Positions 12,755 to 25,777 of a stretch of 64,000 bases of DNA are shown piece after piece. The stretch is from Octopus sinensis. Its lineage: Eukaryota. The notes under the pieces were generated by a model, which made no database searches, was not told where the DNA came from, and saw only the letters and a program-made list of their open reading frames with translations. The position numbers and the translations under genes were made by a program. Where the stretch lies: positions 54,932,001 through 54,996,000 of the forward strand of contig NC_043009.1 in NCBI RefSeq assembly GCF_006345805.1, given 5' to 3'. How positions within the stretch are numbered: position 1 is the first letter of the stretch; each line of letters starts with the position of its first letter.

Positions 12755-13127
12755 TTTACTCTTTTGCTTGTTTCAGTCATCTGACTCTGGCCATGCTGGA
12801 GCACCGCCTTTAGTAGAGCAAATCGATCCCAGGACTTATTCTTTGAAAGCCTAGTACTTATTCTATCAGTGTCTTTTGCTGAACTGATAAGTTACGGGGA
12901 CGTAAACACACCAGCATTGGTTTCAAGCAATGTTGGGGGGACAAACTGACACACACACACATATATATGACGGGCTTCTTTCAGTTTCCGTCTACCAAAT
13001 CCACTCACAAAGCTTTGGTCAGCACGAGGCTATAGTAGAAGATACTTGCCCAAGGTGCCATGCAGTGGGACTGAACCCGGAACAAAGTGGTTTGTAAGCA
13101 AGCTACTTACCACACAGCCACACCTAC
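12755..13127 (-). mobile_element. Family A CORE-like SINE, full length
   Basis: Reverse complement has head, CORE-like motif, (TG)n and tail ...GACTGAAACAAGCAAAAGAGTAAA. Confidence 0.9.
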
Positions 13128-13992
13128 ATTAATAAAAAATTTCCCAGTCAAGAACATGACTATATCATCAAACAATAAAATACACAAACATTTGTCATGA
13201 AGGTACTGACAAGATATCAATAAGTTATAAACAGTTAGTAAGTAATCAGCAAAAATTACTGAAAGAAGAGAACTGCCAAGATATACTGTGTCAACAAGAT
13301 ATATGGTGTCACAATACAACACTGAGAGAGCATCTATGTGGTCACTCAAATTCTTAGAAATAGCAGCTAAATTCCTTTTTAATCATGCTGTCATAGCCAT
13401 TAATAGCTCAACAACCATCAACACACTGCTACAAATAATATAAACACCAACAACAGCATAAATAAATCGCCCACCAGTAGCACTACCAGTAAATTACCCT
13501 CACTAAATCAACCAACACCATAGCTACTACCGTCACCACCACCATCTCCATAACTACCAACACCAGCCCCACCCCCAGAAGTACCAACATCTCCACTACC
13601 ACCATAACTACTGACATGACCATCACCACACAATTCAACCACCACCATCACCACTATCACAAAAACAAAACAACTAATTAAAACTGGTTACACAGTGTAA
13701 TTAATCTTGGTACAATTTTTGTGTTTTCACATTTTATATATTTTTTTTCCGCTTTATTTTCTTTTGTCTTCTTTCAGTAGGTACTTTATACCAAGTGAAG
13801 TGTAATAAAACATATTTCAAAGTTCAAGAAGGCAGAGAGTAGATGGAGGACCTATTTTTTCCTTACACAACCAGGAAAGATCCTCAATCATTCTTACAGA
13901 CATTAATGTCATGGCACACATTTTTTTTTTATTATCCTGAAACATAATTGCTGTAATGTTTCATGATAGTTTGAGTATTTTATTGGTTTTAG

Positions 13993-14054
13993 GTTTCTGG
14001 CTAAAACATTAAGGTCAAGGGTTGGAGGATCAACATATTGCCCTGTGTCCTCAG
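13993..14054 (+). CDS. Candidate 62-nt internal exon of an unidentified gene
   Basis: Acceptor TTTTATTGGTTTTTAG|G, consensus donor CAG|GTAAGT; exactly one frame open (FLAKTLRSRVGGSTYCPVSS); lies in TE-poor sequence; no homology recognised. Confidence 0.3.
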
Positions 14055-15840
14055 GTAAGTGTTTAGTAGAATCAGTGATAGTTGGCTGTTATATAAAGCA
14101 GGAGTAGTTGGGGAGTGTTGGTGGATAAGTCAAAAGATGGCTGTATTAAAATTACTGTTTATTTTTCTGTTGTGATCTTAGCCACTTATACACCATGGAA
14201 GCCAAAGTAACTGACCTTATAAGAGTGACATCTTAAAAAAAATTTTTTTTTTATTTATTTTATTCCAACTGCAGAACCAATACTGAAAATGCCAAGAAAT
14301 TATACAAAGATATGGGTATAGCATAGACTTGCTGGTTTCTTGCAAGAAACTTTAAAATAAGACATGGCATAAGTAAACTTAATTTGTCTGGTGAAAAAAG
14401 CTAGCAAATATTAACTGAAGTTGCTGAAAAATATAGTTTCTTTCCACTTCTCTTATATCTATCTTCTTGTAATTTGATGATATGCCATGACATATCTTAA
14501 CAACCATACTCTTTATTTTCCAGCAAGGATCTTCCCCACAGCAAGACACCTGTTCCTGTCCTTCTATTATATGTTAACTTCACAAAACCTGGCATAAAGC
14601 TACCTCTCTCAATACTACTTCTCTCCTCAGTTGAGGGGGTTTTGTTTTGCAAGGTACTTACTGGCGTCACAGAACCAGCACTACATAAAAGGCACTCAGT
14701 ATACTCTGTAAAGTGGTTGGCATCAGAAAGGGCATCTAACCATGGAAACCTTGTCAAAGCAGACACTGAAGCTTTATGCAGTCCTCTGGTTCACCAGCTT
14801 CTGTTGAACAATCCAAACCATTGCCAGCATTGGAAACAGATATGAAATGATGATGATAATTAGATGGCCATCTGGCTAAAAATAATTAATTTTTTTTGTA
14901 TTTTTTTAAGATTGAGTTCCAATGTACTGACATATTTGTTAATTTATTATCCAGGTTTCAAGTGTACCAGATAAGCAGAACTTTGCTGTATACTGACAAG
15001 ATCAAGGATCAGAACAAAGAGCTGGGAGTCTTGAAATTCACCAACTCAGATTTTCTGATTTACAAACCCCTTTCAGTTGCAGTGTAGAACAGGTCCCTTG
15101 AATGCAAAAAAGACTTGGTGTCACCTGTCTATCTTGTGTGAAACTACTTCAGTAAATAATTCAAATAATTCTTGTGAATGTTTAAAATTGTAAAATCAAA
15201 TCATAACAAATATTAAGAAAAAAAATAACAAACGTGTGAATATGTGTGCATGTTTGTGTGTAATCGTGTGGCTGTCTACATATGCATATAGCTGTTTTGG
15301 TGTATGTGTGTATGTACACATGCATGTGCATGACTGTATGTCAGTCTGCATGTGTGTGTAGCATATAACTGACTTTGCATGTGTGTATGTGTGTGTGTGA
15401 TTACATGGCTGTCAGCATACATGGGTAGCTGATTTAGTGTATGTGTGAGACTATTTTCGCTTATGCAACCATTTTTGCATAATGGGCTGCTTGGAGGAGG
15501 GAGGGAAATGGAGGGAGGGAGAGAGAGAGAGAGAGAGAGAGAGTGTGTGTGTGTGTTTGTGTGTGTGTGTATGTGCTTAGAATAGGTTTGAAAAGCTTAA
15601 GTTGATGCAAATGTCACATTATTCTACTGTTTCTGATTAAAATGTTTGTTTTAGATTATGGCAGCTGCCTAAGTAAACTACAGTGATTGGCATGAAGAGG
15701 GTCAGGTGGGGGTCAAAAGGCTGGGTGTTTGCTTCTATCCTTTATTAAATCCTTTAGGTAACAACCTACCTAGGACCACAACTAGTTCTATGAAACAAAA
15801 CTGCCTCATTTTAAAATGCTCATATTTAAACAAAAATAGT

Positions 15841-16220
15841 CTTTACTCTTTTACGCTTTTACTTGTTTCAGTCATTTGACTGTGGCCATGCCGGAGCACC
15901 ACCTTTAGTCGAGCAAATCAACCCCAGGACTTATTCTTTGTAAGCCTAGTACTTATTCTGTTGGTCTCTTTTGCCGAACCACTAAGTTATGAGGATGTAA
16001 ACACACCAGCATCAGTTGTCAAGTGATGTTGGGGGGACAAACACACACATAATATATATATATATACACACGTACATATATACGACGGACTTCAGAAGGC
16101 TTTGGTCGGCCCAAGGCTATAGTAGAAGACACTTGCCCAAGGTGCCACGCAGTGGGACTAAACCCAGAACCATGTGGTTGGTAAGCAAGCTACTTACCAC
16201 ACAGCCACTCCTGCACCTAT
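15841..16220 (-). mobile_element. Family A CORE-like SINE
   Basis: Reverse complement matches the 20875 copy from head to tail. Confidence 0.9.
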
Positions 16221-16689
16221 TTCATAATTTTATTTCAGAATATTTAGGTTCAGTTACATTTCAAACAATATCTTTTATGAAAGAGAAAAGTTAATTAATG
16301 CAACTAAATACCTCCAAATTATCGTCCTCCTATAATACCTATTTACAAATCATTCCTACCTAGCAATATTCATGTACAGCAAGGTGAACTAGGACAGTTG
16401 AGAGAGAAGCATCTCAGCTCTGATACAAGCAATGGCAATAACAAAATATGAGCCACTGATTGGTTATCTATAACTGGTTGTCCACACACACTTATATTAT
16501 TATAATTATAGCAAGTGCCAAGCTAGAGTATAAATAAACTACCATTAGCATAAAAGACATCCTAATAGACAAAAATCTCACACAGAAAAATAAACCTTAC
16601 ATACAACACTTTTCCTCTCTCTAATTAGTGACAATTTACATTTTTTTTATTTAATCAACAATACTTTAGTAATGAGACTCAATATTTAT

Positions 16690-17045
16690 TTTTGGTGTTA
16701 GGTAACCATGTGGTTCCAGATGCAGTTCCACTATACAGTTCCTTGGGCAAGTGTCTTCTACTATAGTCCTGGGCCGACCAAAGCCTTGTGAGTGAATTTA
16801 GTAAAAGGAAAGAATGTGGCAGTCTGTCGCGTATGTATATGCATGTGATTGTGTGTGTCTTTATATTTGTCCTCCATCCCCATTTGACAACCAGTGTTGG
16901 TTTGTATAAATCCCTATAAGTTAGCACTTCAACAAAAGTGATTGATATAAAAAGAATCAAAGTTAAAAAATAAGTACTGGAGGTTGTTTGTTTCACTAAA
17001 CCCTTCATGGCTGTAGTCCAATGATTGAAACAAGTAAAAGTAAAA
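16690..17045 (+). mobile_element. Family A CORE-like SINE, diverged
   Basis: CTTGGGCAAGTGTCTTCTACTATAG motif and tail CAGTCCAATGATTGAAAC-like. Confidence 0.75.
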
Positions 17046-20000
17046 AAAAAAAACAGAATAGCAGTTATATATATATATATATACACATCCTCTCTTAAAA
17101 ACAGAAATGTTAACAAAATATTGTTTATCAATAAAATATGATACAAGACGTCATCTGCTGATGTTATATCGTTTGCAGAGAGTTATATCAATAAGATATT
17201 CCCAGTTAACAACATATGACTATATCGTCTTTCAGTCAATAAAGCATCTTACAAATGTCTGTCATAAAGATATTGACAAGATATCAACTGTTAGTAATTC
17301 ATCTACAAAGAATACGGACAACAAGATGATCAAGACATCAATAAGATATATTATGTCAACCAACAAGGTATTGTGGAAATGTCTTCAGTTGACAAGAACT
17401 GTACAAAAAATCTTTTGTCATCAAATTATCAATGGCCAATGAATGTAGACATGATATCTTCAAACAATGAGACATTCTCATTCAGGAAGATATCAATATA
17501 ATGCTGAGTGTAATATAATGAGGATTATCTAACATACAAAAGTACTTGTGTTTTCCATCTGTTCTTCTTCTCCGCCTACTATTACTGAGAGTGTTGTGAG
17601 AGTAGTCCTGAAGCAGCTCCTTCAGAGGGACCTAGCAGAACCAACCACCATTATACTTTATGGCTGTATTAGCTTGCATGAGCAATGTAGACTATGGATA
17701 TTATCTAATCATCATATTCTTGGTCTACTCCTAGGTCTCCTGCTTGTTAGCTCAGCTTGAAAAATCATCTTGTGATTCTTTCCTTTGATATTTTAATGAT
17801 ATGATTGCAGTACCAGATATGTGATCATGGATATTATCCAACCATTGTATTCTTATATATATATACAAGACAGGCTTCCGCACAGTATTCATCTACTAAA
17901 TTCATTTACAAGCATTGATCATCCAAAGGCTATAATAGAAAACACTTGCTGAAGGAGCCACACAGTAGGATTGAACCTGAAACCAGGCAGGTGCAAAGCA
18001 AGCTTCTTAACTTCACTGCCCTGTCTGTATATAGTTATTTGATTCAAACCTCAGAATATTTCTGTTGCTGTTCACATACCCAAAGATATAAAAGCCAAAA
18101 TCAACTGTAGTGCAATTCTTTGAACTTAGTAATGGAAGGAAGTGAACTCAACAATTAACTGTTCAGTGCAGTGTTTTACAATATCGACCACCATACATCC
18201 TTCATTCTAAACTACCTCATTACAAATACTTAAGCTGCCACCTCCTGACACAACATTAGACATAAAATATCAAGCAGATGGTAACAGCTGGAGATATTAT
18301 ATGGACATCAAACCAGGAGAAACATATTGATAAACTTTTTAAGTCATCATTATTTTCATTTTTAACTATGTCTAGAAAGAATTACATCTCTCTATTTTGG
18401 TGTAGGTGGCATAATGCTGCAACCAGATATTTCAACAGCTGTTTGGTTTGGAAAAGGCTTTTTGAAGATGGATGCAGTTTTGCTTTCTTCTCTTTTTAAC
18501 AATGTAAGGTCATGCATTAATGAGAAAGGAGATGAGTTACCAATGAGAACATAAAAAAAGAAAGGAGAGCGAGGCATGGAGAGTAGATGTTTTGGTGCCA
18601 GATTTGCATCAATGACTTGACACTGACTTATTTGACACCAGACATTTTAATGCATTTCTTTTTCTTTTCTCCGCACCCTCCCTCTCCCCCTCTCTCTCTC
18701 TCTCTCTCTCTCTTTCACTCTCTGTTTATATGTGTAAGTACATTTCTCTTTTCGTATCTGAAGAGGAGGGAAATGTTTATGCAATTTTTTTTTGTGAGTT
18801 CAACTAATAAATTGCAATGTCTCACTCCTTCTGTTTATGGGTATGAGCATCTAGTTTTGTTTGTGTGTGTGTGTGTGTTTGCCTCCAGTGCCAAAAAGCT
18901 TGACTAAAGGCAGTGCTCCAGCATGGCTGCAGTCAAATGACTGAAACAAGTAAAAGAATAAAAGAATGTGTGTGTGTGTATGTGCATGTGTGTGTGTCTG
19001 TGTCTCTGTTTGACCCCACCATCACCGTTTGACAATTGGTGTTGGTGTGTTTACGTCCCCGTAACTTAGTGGTTCAGCAAAAGAGACCAATAGTATAAGT
19101 ACTAGGCTTACAAAAAGAAATTAGGTACTGGGTTAGATTTCCTTGACTAAAACCCTTTGAGGCAGGTACTCCAGCATGGCCACTGTCAACTGACTGAAAC
19201 AAGAAAAAGAATTAAAGCAAAAGGATACATGATGGGCTTCTTTCAGTTTCCATCTATCAAATCCACTCACAAGGCTTTGGTCAGCCTAGGGCTATATTAG
19301 AAGATATTTGCCTCAGGTCTCACAGTAGGATTGAACCCAAAACCATGTGGTTGGGAAGCAAACTTCTTACCCTGCAGCCACACCTGCACAATCATCTCAT
19401 CAATATTTTCATAAAGCATCTGAAAGACTGTGATCTCTCAGGAAGCACATGAAAGCGGCTGACACTCATACTAAGACCTCATCGCCTCTATTCTGCTATA
19501 GGCAGTACTTAGTCTTTGGTAGATTACACGTTTAGAAATGGATATTTCCTTTGACAACTCTCAGCTCTAAATGAATAAGAGGTCACTACTGTTTTGTACA
19601 AATAATGAAATCATTAAAAATGAAAGAACCGTGGAAATTGACACTTAAGTGTTAAAGTGTTTGTTTTAACAAATCTGAAGCAAAGCTATGATCAAAGATA
19701 TTCCAGCAGAACTATGATCAAAGACATTTGTATTAACCACTTTCAATCCATTACTGACTATAGTATTGTGCAAGAATGATTTCTAACACAGAAACTAAAG
19801 ATAGATATTTTTACAAAATGAGTATGATTGATTAGATCAATTCCAGTACTTGTCAAATACTTATTTTATTGACTTTCAGGAGAAAAAATTGAAAGGCAAA
19901 ATCATCTTGGTAGGATCTGAACTCAAAATGTAGCACTTTGGAGAGTGTTTTCTCCTATAGCCTTGCATTGACTCATGTCTTGAGTGTGGAATAAAGTAAA

Positions 20001-20874
20001 CAGACACACTGCAGAAGCTTGTCTCAAGTGTGAATGTGTGTGCCTATGTACGTGTAAGTGTTTGTATGTGTATGTGTGTGCATGTGAGCAAGTGTGTCTT
20101 GGTGTGAAATTATTCAAATTGCATCCTTTTAAATCAAAAAGTAAATTAACCATTTTTATTAAATAAGTTTCAGACTGAAATAAGTACTGTTGCTGATGTT
20201 ATCAGCTTAGACTTATAAAGGCAGTGCTCCAGTATGGCCATAGTGCAATGACTGAAAACTGAGAACTACTCACAGCAAATCTCAAGTTTTTGGCTCAAGT
20301 ATTTCAGGAACTTAACTCATTCATAAACATCATAGATAGTTGCTAACACTTATATAATGACTCCATATAAATATTTTAACTCAAATTCCTCTTGTCAATG
20401 AATTAATAATTTATCAAGTCATTGATCTTAGCTTTATGATCACACACACACACATAGAATTGCAACTACATGTAACTATTACAGATGAATATCCAAGTCA
20501 GCTGACTGCATCCTTTCATATTACCACACATATAGCATTACTGCAAAATAAATAAATAAATAGGTTGACTCAACTCTAAAGGAATTTGAGCTAAGAGTTG
20601 TGACCTGCCAAATATTTGGTACAACATTTTATATAATATTTTGTTGTATCTCAGGAGGGTTTCAATGCCAATAATAAGCAGAAGCACTGGTTCTAGTTTA
20701 CTTCTTTGTTATTTAGTTTTCAACTTGTTAAACAAACCTGAAGCAGACCTAGAGTAGAGAGGGCAGATCGCTGAGGTCATAAATGGCAACAAAAGGACTT
20801 TGAGAAAATGAACTGATTGATTAACCAAGTGATTAATCAAACAATTTAATAGTCATTTAATTAAAGAGTTAACC

Positions 20875-21048
20875 ATAGGTGTAGGAGTGGCTGTGTGGTA
20901 AGTAGCTTGCTTACGAACCACATGGTTCCGGGTTCTGTCCCACTGCATGGCACCTTGGGCAAGTGTCTTCTACTATAGCCTTGAGCTAACCAAAGCCTTG
21001 TGAGTGGATTTGGTCGACGGAAACTGAAAGAAGCCCATCGTATATATC

Positions 21049-21080
<32 letters not shown>

Positions 21081-21292
21081 CGTTTCTGTGTCTGTGTTTG
21101 TCCCCCCAACATCGCTTGACAACCGATGCTGGTGCGTTTACGTCTCCCATAACTTAGCGGTTCGGCAAAAGAGACTGATAGAATAAGCACCAGGCTTACA
21201 AAGAAAGAATAAGTCCTGGGGTCAATTTGCTCAGCTAAAGGCAGTGCTCCAGCATGGGCACAGTCAAATGACCGAAACAAGTAAAAGAGTAA
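20875..21292 (+). mobile_element. Family A CORE-like SINE, full-length, low divergence (reference copy)
   Basis: A-box TGGCTGTGTGG, B-box GGTTCTGTCCC, CORE-like GGCACCTTGGGCAAGTGTCTT, internal (TA)n(TG)n, tail GGCAGTGCTCCAGCATGGGCACAGTCAAATGACCGAAACAAGTAAAAGAGTAA. The known octopus SINE OR2 is a CORE-SINE; identity with it is not verified. Confidence 0.92.
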
Positions 21293-21739
21293 TTAACAAA
21301 TAAATAATAATAAAGTGAAAGAGAATCGGTGATACAACACACTCGTTAACATCAAGAATCTTGATTTCAGCACAAGAATAATTTGTCCCCAAAGATATTA
21401 CAGTGCTATTGTTGGCATTAACGTTATTGATTTGAAATGACACAGACTGAACTCATAACAGTATCAAATTATATGCGATAAAAATGTAGCTTGTCAAACA
21501 AATAATCGTCTGAAACAAATCACTTTCAGTGATAACATATGCACAAGAAAACAGATTTTTGAGACAGGAAGCACAATAAAACCAGAAGCATGTGAGAGAG
21601 AGAGAGAGAGGGGGGATGAAAGAAAGGGGGTGGATAAGAGGAGGTCTTGGAATATAATTCTAAAAAAAAGAACGCTTTGAGAATATAAAATATCTGTAAT
21701 TAAGTCACTTTCAGTAAGATAATTGAAATTGGATTGGAC

Positions 21740-22135
21740 AGAGAGAAGGGGAGAGAGAGAGAAGAGGGAGAGGGAGAGAGAGAGGGAGGGAGAGAGAAGG
21801 AGGGAGAGAGAAAGAGAGAGAGAGGAGGAAGAGAGAAAGAGAGAGAGAGAGAAGGGGAGAGAGAGGGAAGTAGGAGAGAGAGAAGGGGAGAGAGAGGGAA
21901 GTAGGAGAGAGAGAAGGGGAGAGAGAGGGAAGTAGGAGAGAGAGAGGGGTAGGTAGGAGAGAGAGAGGGGGAAGTAAGCGAGAGAGGGATGGAGGAGTGA
22001 GAGAGAGGAGGGAGAGGGAGAAAGAGGGGAGGGAGGGAGGGAGTAGGAGAGAGAGAGGGAAGTAGGAGAGAGAGGGGGAAGTAAGCAAGAGAGAGAGATA
22101 GGGATGTAGGAGAGGGAGGGGGGAGGAGAGAGACT
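21740..22135. repeat. About 400-bp polypurine (GA/GGA) compound minisatellite
   Basis: Repeated unit GAAGGGGAGAGAGAGGGAAGTAGGAGAGAGA; almost no pyrimidines on the + strand. Confidence 0.95.
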
Positions 22136-22465
22136 GGTAATACTGAACATTTAAGTGGGTTAGAGTCAAACAAATATGGATTCCAAGATAATTTCTACAG
22201 ATTTATCTCCAGAGAAAAAGTATCTTTGACCTCTTTTAGGTTCAAATAATTAAACTGAAACTTCGAAAATGAATGTGTATATATGCATTTCTCTCTCCCT
22301 CTCTCTCTCTCCCACGCATTCATATATTCTTGTGTTCTGCTAGCAAAAACATTGACATGGGTTGTAATTTTTTTTTTCGTTAATTGACTGAATTGTCAAA
22401 GTCTTTTGCTGCTACACGTCTGCAGTCCTTCTAATGAGTTCTTTGAGACTGTTTTCAGTGACTGG

Positions 22466-22850
22466 CGGAAGCACTCCGTCGGTTACGACGATGAGGGTTC
22501 CGGTTGATCCGAATCAACGGAACAGCCTGCTCGTGAAATTAACGTGTAAGTGGCTGAGCACTCCACAGACACGTGCACCCTTAACGTAGTTCTCGGGGAT
22601 ATTCAGCGTGACACAGAGAGTGACAAGGCCGGCCCCTTGAAATACAGGTACAACAGAAACAGGAAGTAAGAGTGAGAGAAAGTTGTGGTGAAAGAGTACA
22701 GCAGGGATCACCACCATCCCCTGCCGGAGCCTCGTGGAACTTTTTAGGTGTTTTCGCTCAATAAACACTCACAACGCCCGGTCTGGGAATCGAAACCACG
22801 ATCCTATGACCGCGAGTCCGCTGCCCTAACCACTGGGCCATTGCGCCTCC
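22466..22850 (-). mobile_element. Family D young tRNA-derived SINE
   Basis: A-box TGGCCCAGTGG, B-box GGTTTCGATTCC; 11-bp TSD TCAGTGACTGG at 22455-22465 and 22851-22861; about 96% identical to 24565-24944 by manual alignment. Confidence 0.95.
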
Positions 22851-23165
22851 TCAGTGACTGGTATATGTTCCCTGACTGGTAGCCTTGCTGATGATGTTGT
22901 TCTTGTTGTTAAGCAACAAGCCGGGTAAGGGTGATTAGGTGATGGTCTAGGGCTTAGGGGCGGGAGACCCCAGACCATGGAAAAAGAAAAAAAAACTTTG
23001 GTCATCTTGTTGTAGTCGAGGGCTCTTCATTGACGCCTGACACTACGGGAAGGTGGCCCTCGAAGTCGCTGGAAATGGACATCTCCAGGTTCAAATTATT
23101 GAACAGCTGGTGATGATGTTGAATCCGTATGTGCATACATCTTTGTATGTGCATGTGAGCATATG

Positions 23166-23345
23166 GGTGAAGTCCCTCCTCCCCTAATTCAATCAGTGAT
23201 TTCTGATTTAGACACAAGACCAACAATCTTGAAGTGGGGCAGTTAACCGATTATAGGTGATGTCCCTCCTCTCCTAATTCAATCACTGATTTCTGATTTA
23301 GACATGAGACCAACAATTTTGAAGTGGGGGCAGTTAACCGATTAT
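23166..23345. repeat. 90-bp tandem duplication (2 copies, a few mismatches)
   Basis: GGTGA(A/T)GTCCCTCCT...GCAGTTAACCGATTATA at 23166 and 23256. Confidence 0.9.
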
Positions 23346-24564
23346 ATCAATACCAGTAATTTCCCTGATACTTTATTTTATTGACCCTGGAGAGATGAAA
23401 GGCAAAGTTGACCTTGGTGGGATTTGAACTCACAGTCTGTGTGTTTGTGTGGGTGTGCTTGTAATTTGGATGGTGCAGCATCACTTCAGTTGTAATTACA
23501 CATACAGACTTACATACATACACATCACATATGAACAAACTTACACGTGCACATCAACACAGAAATTACTATTGTCACCACAAATATATAAGTACCATCA
23601 CCCAAAGAATAACAGAGAACATACTGCTGTAGTCAAAGAATGTGGCAATTCAATAAAATCATAGAGTGAACTACAATCATGCATGTATTTTATTGACAGA
23701 ATGACCCACCCAAAATATGACAATACCTGTTTTGACTCTCAGTTCCACATCAAGAATCATGTGGAACAAACACACAAAAAATAACCCTACCTGTCTGTCT
23801 GTGTGCTGTATGCTAATATATACACATGCAGACAACTATGTAGTTAAGAAGTTCCTTTTTCAACTATATGGTTTCATGTTGAACCCCACCACTGCGAAAG
23901 TCCTCGCATAACCAGAAACTTGCTAGTGTATTTTATGAATGGAAACTGAAAGCATTGTATAAGAAATGTGTGTGTTTATATTTGCACTTCTCTAAAAGTT
24001 ACTCAGCAACAGACAGTGATGTTGGAGTATGTAAAAAGGGTCTTGACTCCTATCATAGAGAGCATTAAGTCGGAACAAACATTGACCTCAACTATGGCGA
24101 TCTAGTCAACCCATGCATGGAAATATAAACTTAAATTGATGATGATGATCACCATCATGTCTATATTTTGAAAAGCAAATGAGATAAAGAGTACTCAATA
24201 CAAGTGGTAGAGTATATTGATTAAAATAAAGTAAATGTCTCAGTCAATAGTTACTTGAAGTTTCCCACAAATTTTCTCAATTGCCACGAGTGAAAGTTTG
24301 AGTAGCTATAGAATAAATCATTGATTTTACATATCAATACAACTATATGTATTTGTTCATAATACATGCACACACATACATAAAACACACACACAGTATT
24401 GGTGATTGGTGCTATAGTTTTTTTTTTAAACAAAATATGCTACAAAACTAATACATGAAATAAAATATACTTGAGCAGAATTTTAGTCAATGAGAAACTG
24501 ACTAACTGCAATGTGTTACAAATATTTATAGTTATGCTTTCAATTCACTCATATGCTAAGTAAG

Positions 24565-24944
24565 GAGGCGCAATGGCCCAGTGGTTAGGGCAGCGGACTC
24601 GCGGTCGTAGGATCGCGGTTTCGATTCCCAGACCGGGCGTTGTGAGTGTTTATTGAGCAAAAACACCTAAAAGCTCCACGAGGCTCCGGCAGGGATGGTG
24701 GTGATCCCTTCTGTACTCTTTCACCACAACTTTCTCTCACTCTTACTTCCTGTTTCTGTTGTACCTGTATTTCAAAGGGCCGGCCTTGTCACTCTCTGTG
24801 TCACGCTGAATATCCCCGTAAACTACGTTAAGGGTACACGTGTCTGTGGAGTGCCGAGCCACTTACACGTTAATTTCACGAGCAGGCTGTTCCGTTGATC
24901 GGATCAACCGGAACCCTCGTCGTCATAACCGACGGAGTGCTTTC
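24565..24944 (+). mobile_element. Family D young tRNA-derived SINE
   Basis: 12-bp TSD ATGCTAAGTAAG at 24553-24564 and 24945-24956; same head and 3' hairpin GTTGATC-G-GATCAAC as the 22466 copy. Confidence 0.95.
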
Positions 24945-25442
24945 ATGCTAAGTAAGATCAAAAACAGATAGACTATAAATGTGTGTATGCATATGTGAGT
25001 ACACTTCGTAAAGTAGGTGGCATCAGGAAGGTCATCTAGCCATAGAGACCATACCAAAGCAGACAGTAGTGCTTAGTATAGTCTTCTGACTTGCCAACCC
25101 TTGTCAAGTCATCCAAGCCATGCCAGCATGGAAATGGATATTAAATATATAAGTTGATTAGACTTGTTTTCACTTTAAAATCCACCTGGAGTGCAATGCA
25201 ATTCGATGCAGAGGTAACGTAAAACATTGTAGAACATATTCCATGTTAAAGACTTTTGGACGAGCTTGGAGTCATTTTACTAAACAAACACTAAACACAG
25301 CACCAGTAATAAGAAAATAGACTTATGAATCTTTATTGAAGAAGTGGTATCTTATCCACGGTAACTTCCTCTATAGACAGAATACCAAAACTCAAAGACA
25401 GAAAACATTAGAAAACTGCTCTCATTTATCATTAAACCACGA

Positions 25443-25595
25443 TAAACCCTTTAGCATTCAGATTAATCTGTCAAATGTAATGCTTATTTATTCACATTGT
25501 TTTGAATTACTCATGCATTATCTTGCAGCTTTGGGTTTTCGATGTGACTGTTTATTTTTAAATGGAAGTGGCTGGTTTAAATGCTAAATGGTTAA
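25443..25595. mobile_element. Second piggyBac-type MITE family (internally deleted copy)
   Basis: TAAACCCTTTAGCATT...AATGCTAAATGGTTAA inverted ends; other pieces at 9315-9345 and 33230-33722. Confidence 0.75.
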
Positions 25596-25777
25596 CAGAC
25601 ATTTTCTTCTTACCTCACCAACTGTATTAGAGACTTACAAACAGCTTATTTGTGCAAGTGCTGCCAATCAAAAGATTCAAAAGGTTTCAGGGATCATCAG
25701 GAGAGAATGTGCACTATTTCTGGGTCTACCTCTCAGCAGCTTTACACCACACTGGCCCAATGCATTGATGTGAGGCC

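Noticed and set aside
21494-22173. Long Ser/Leu/Pro and Arg/Glu ORFs (up to 218 aa)
   Set aside because: They are translations of the GA polypurine tract. The same applies to 3115-3519, 31476-31889, 34560-34839, 37748-38332 and 62226-62617.
22920-23115. GC-rich patch with TTAGGG-like G-runs and a TGATGATG end
   Set aside because: Too degenerate to call an interstitial telomere, and the translation does not clearly match an RTE; left unclassified.
24565-24640. Possible tRNA gene
   Set aside because: A and B boxes are present, but I cannot fold a complete cloverleaf, and the head is part of a 380-bp TSD-flanked SINE.
22514-24898. Near-identical 67-84 aa ORFs on opposite strands
   Set aside because: Both lie inside the two SINE-D copies; the recurrence reflects the repeat, not coding selection. 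The same holds for ORFs recurring in families A and C.
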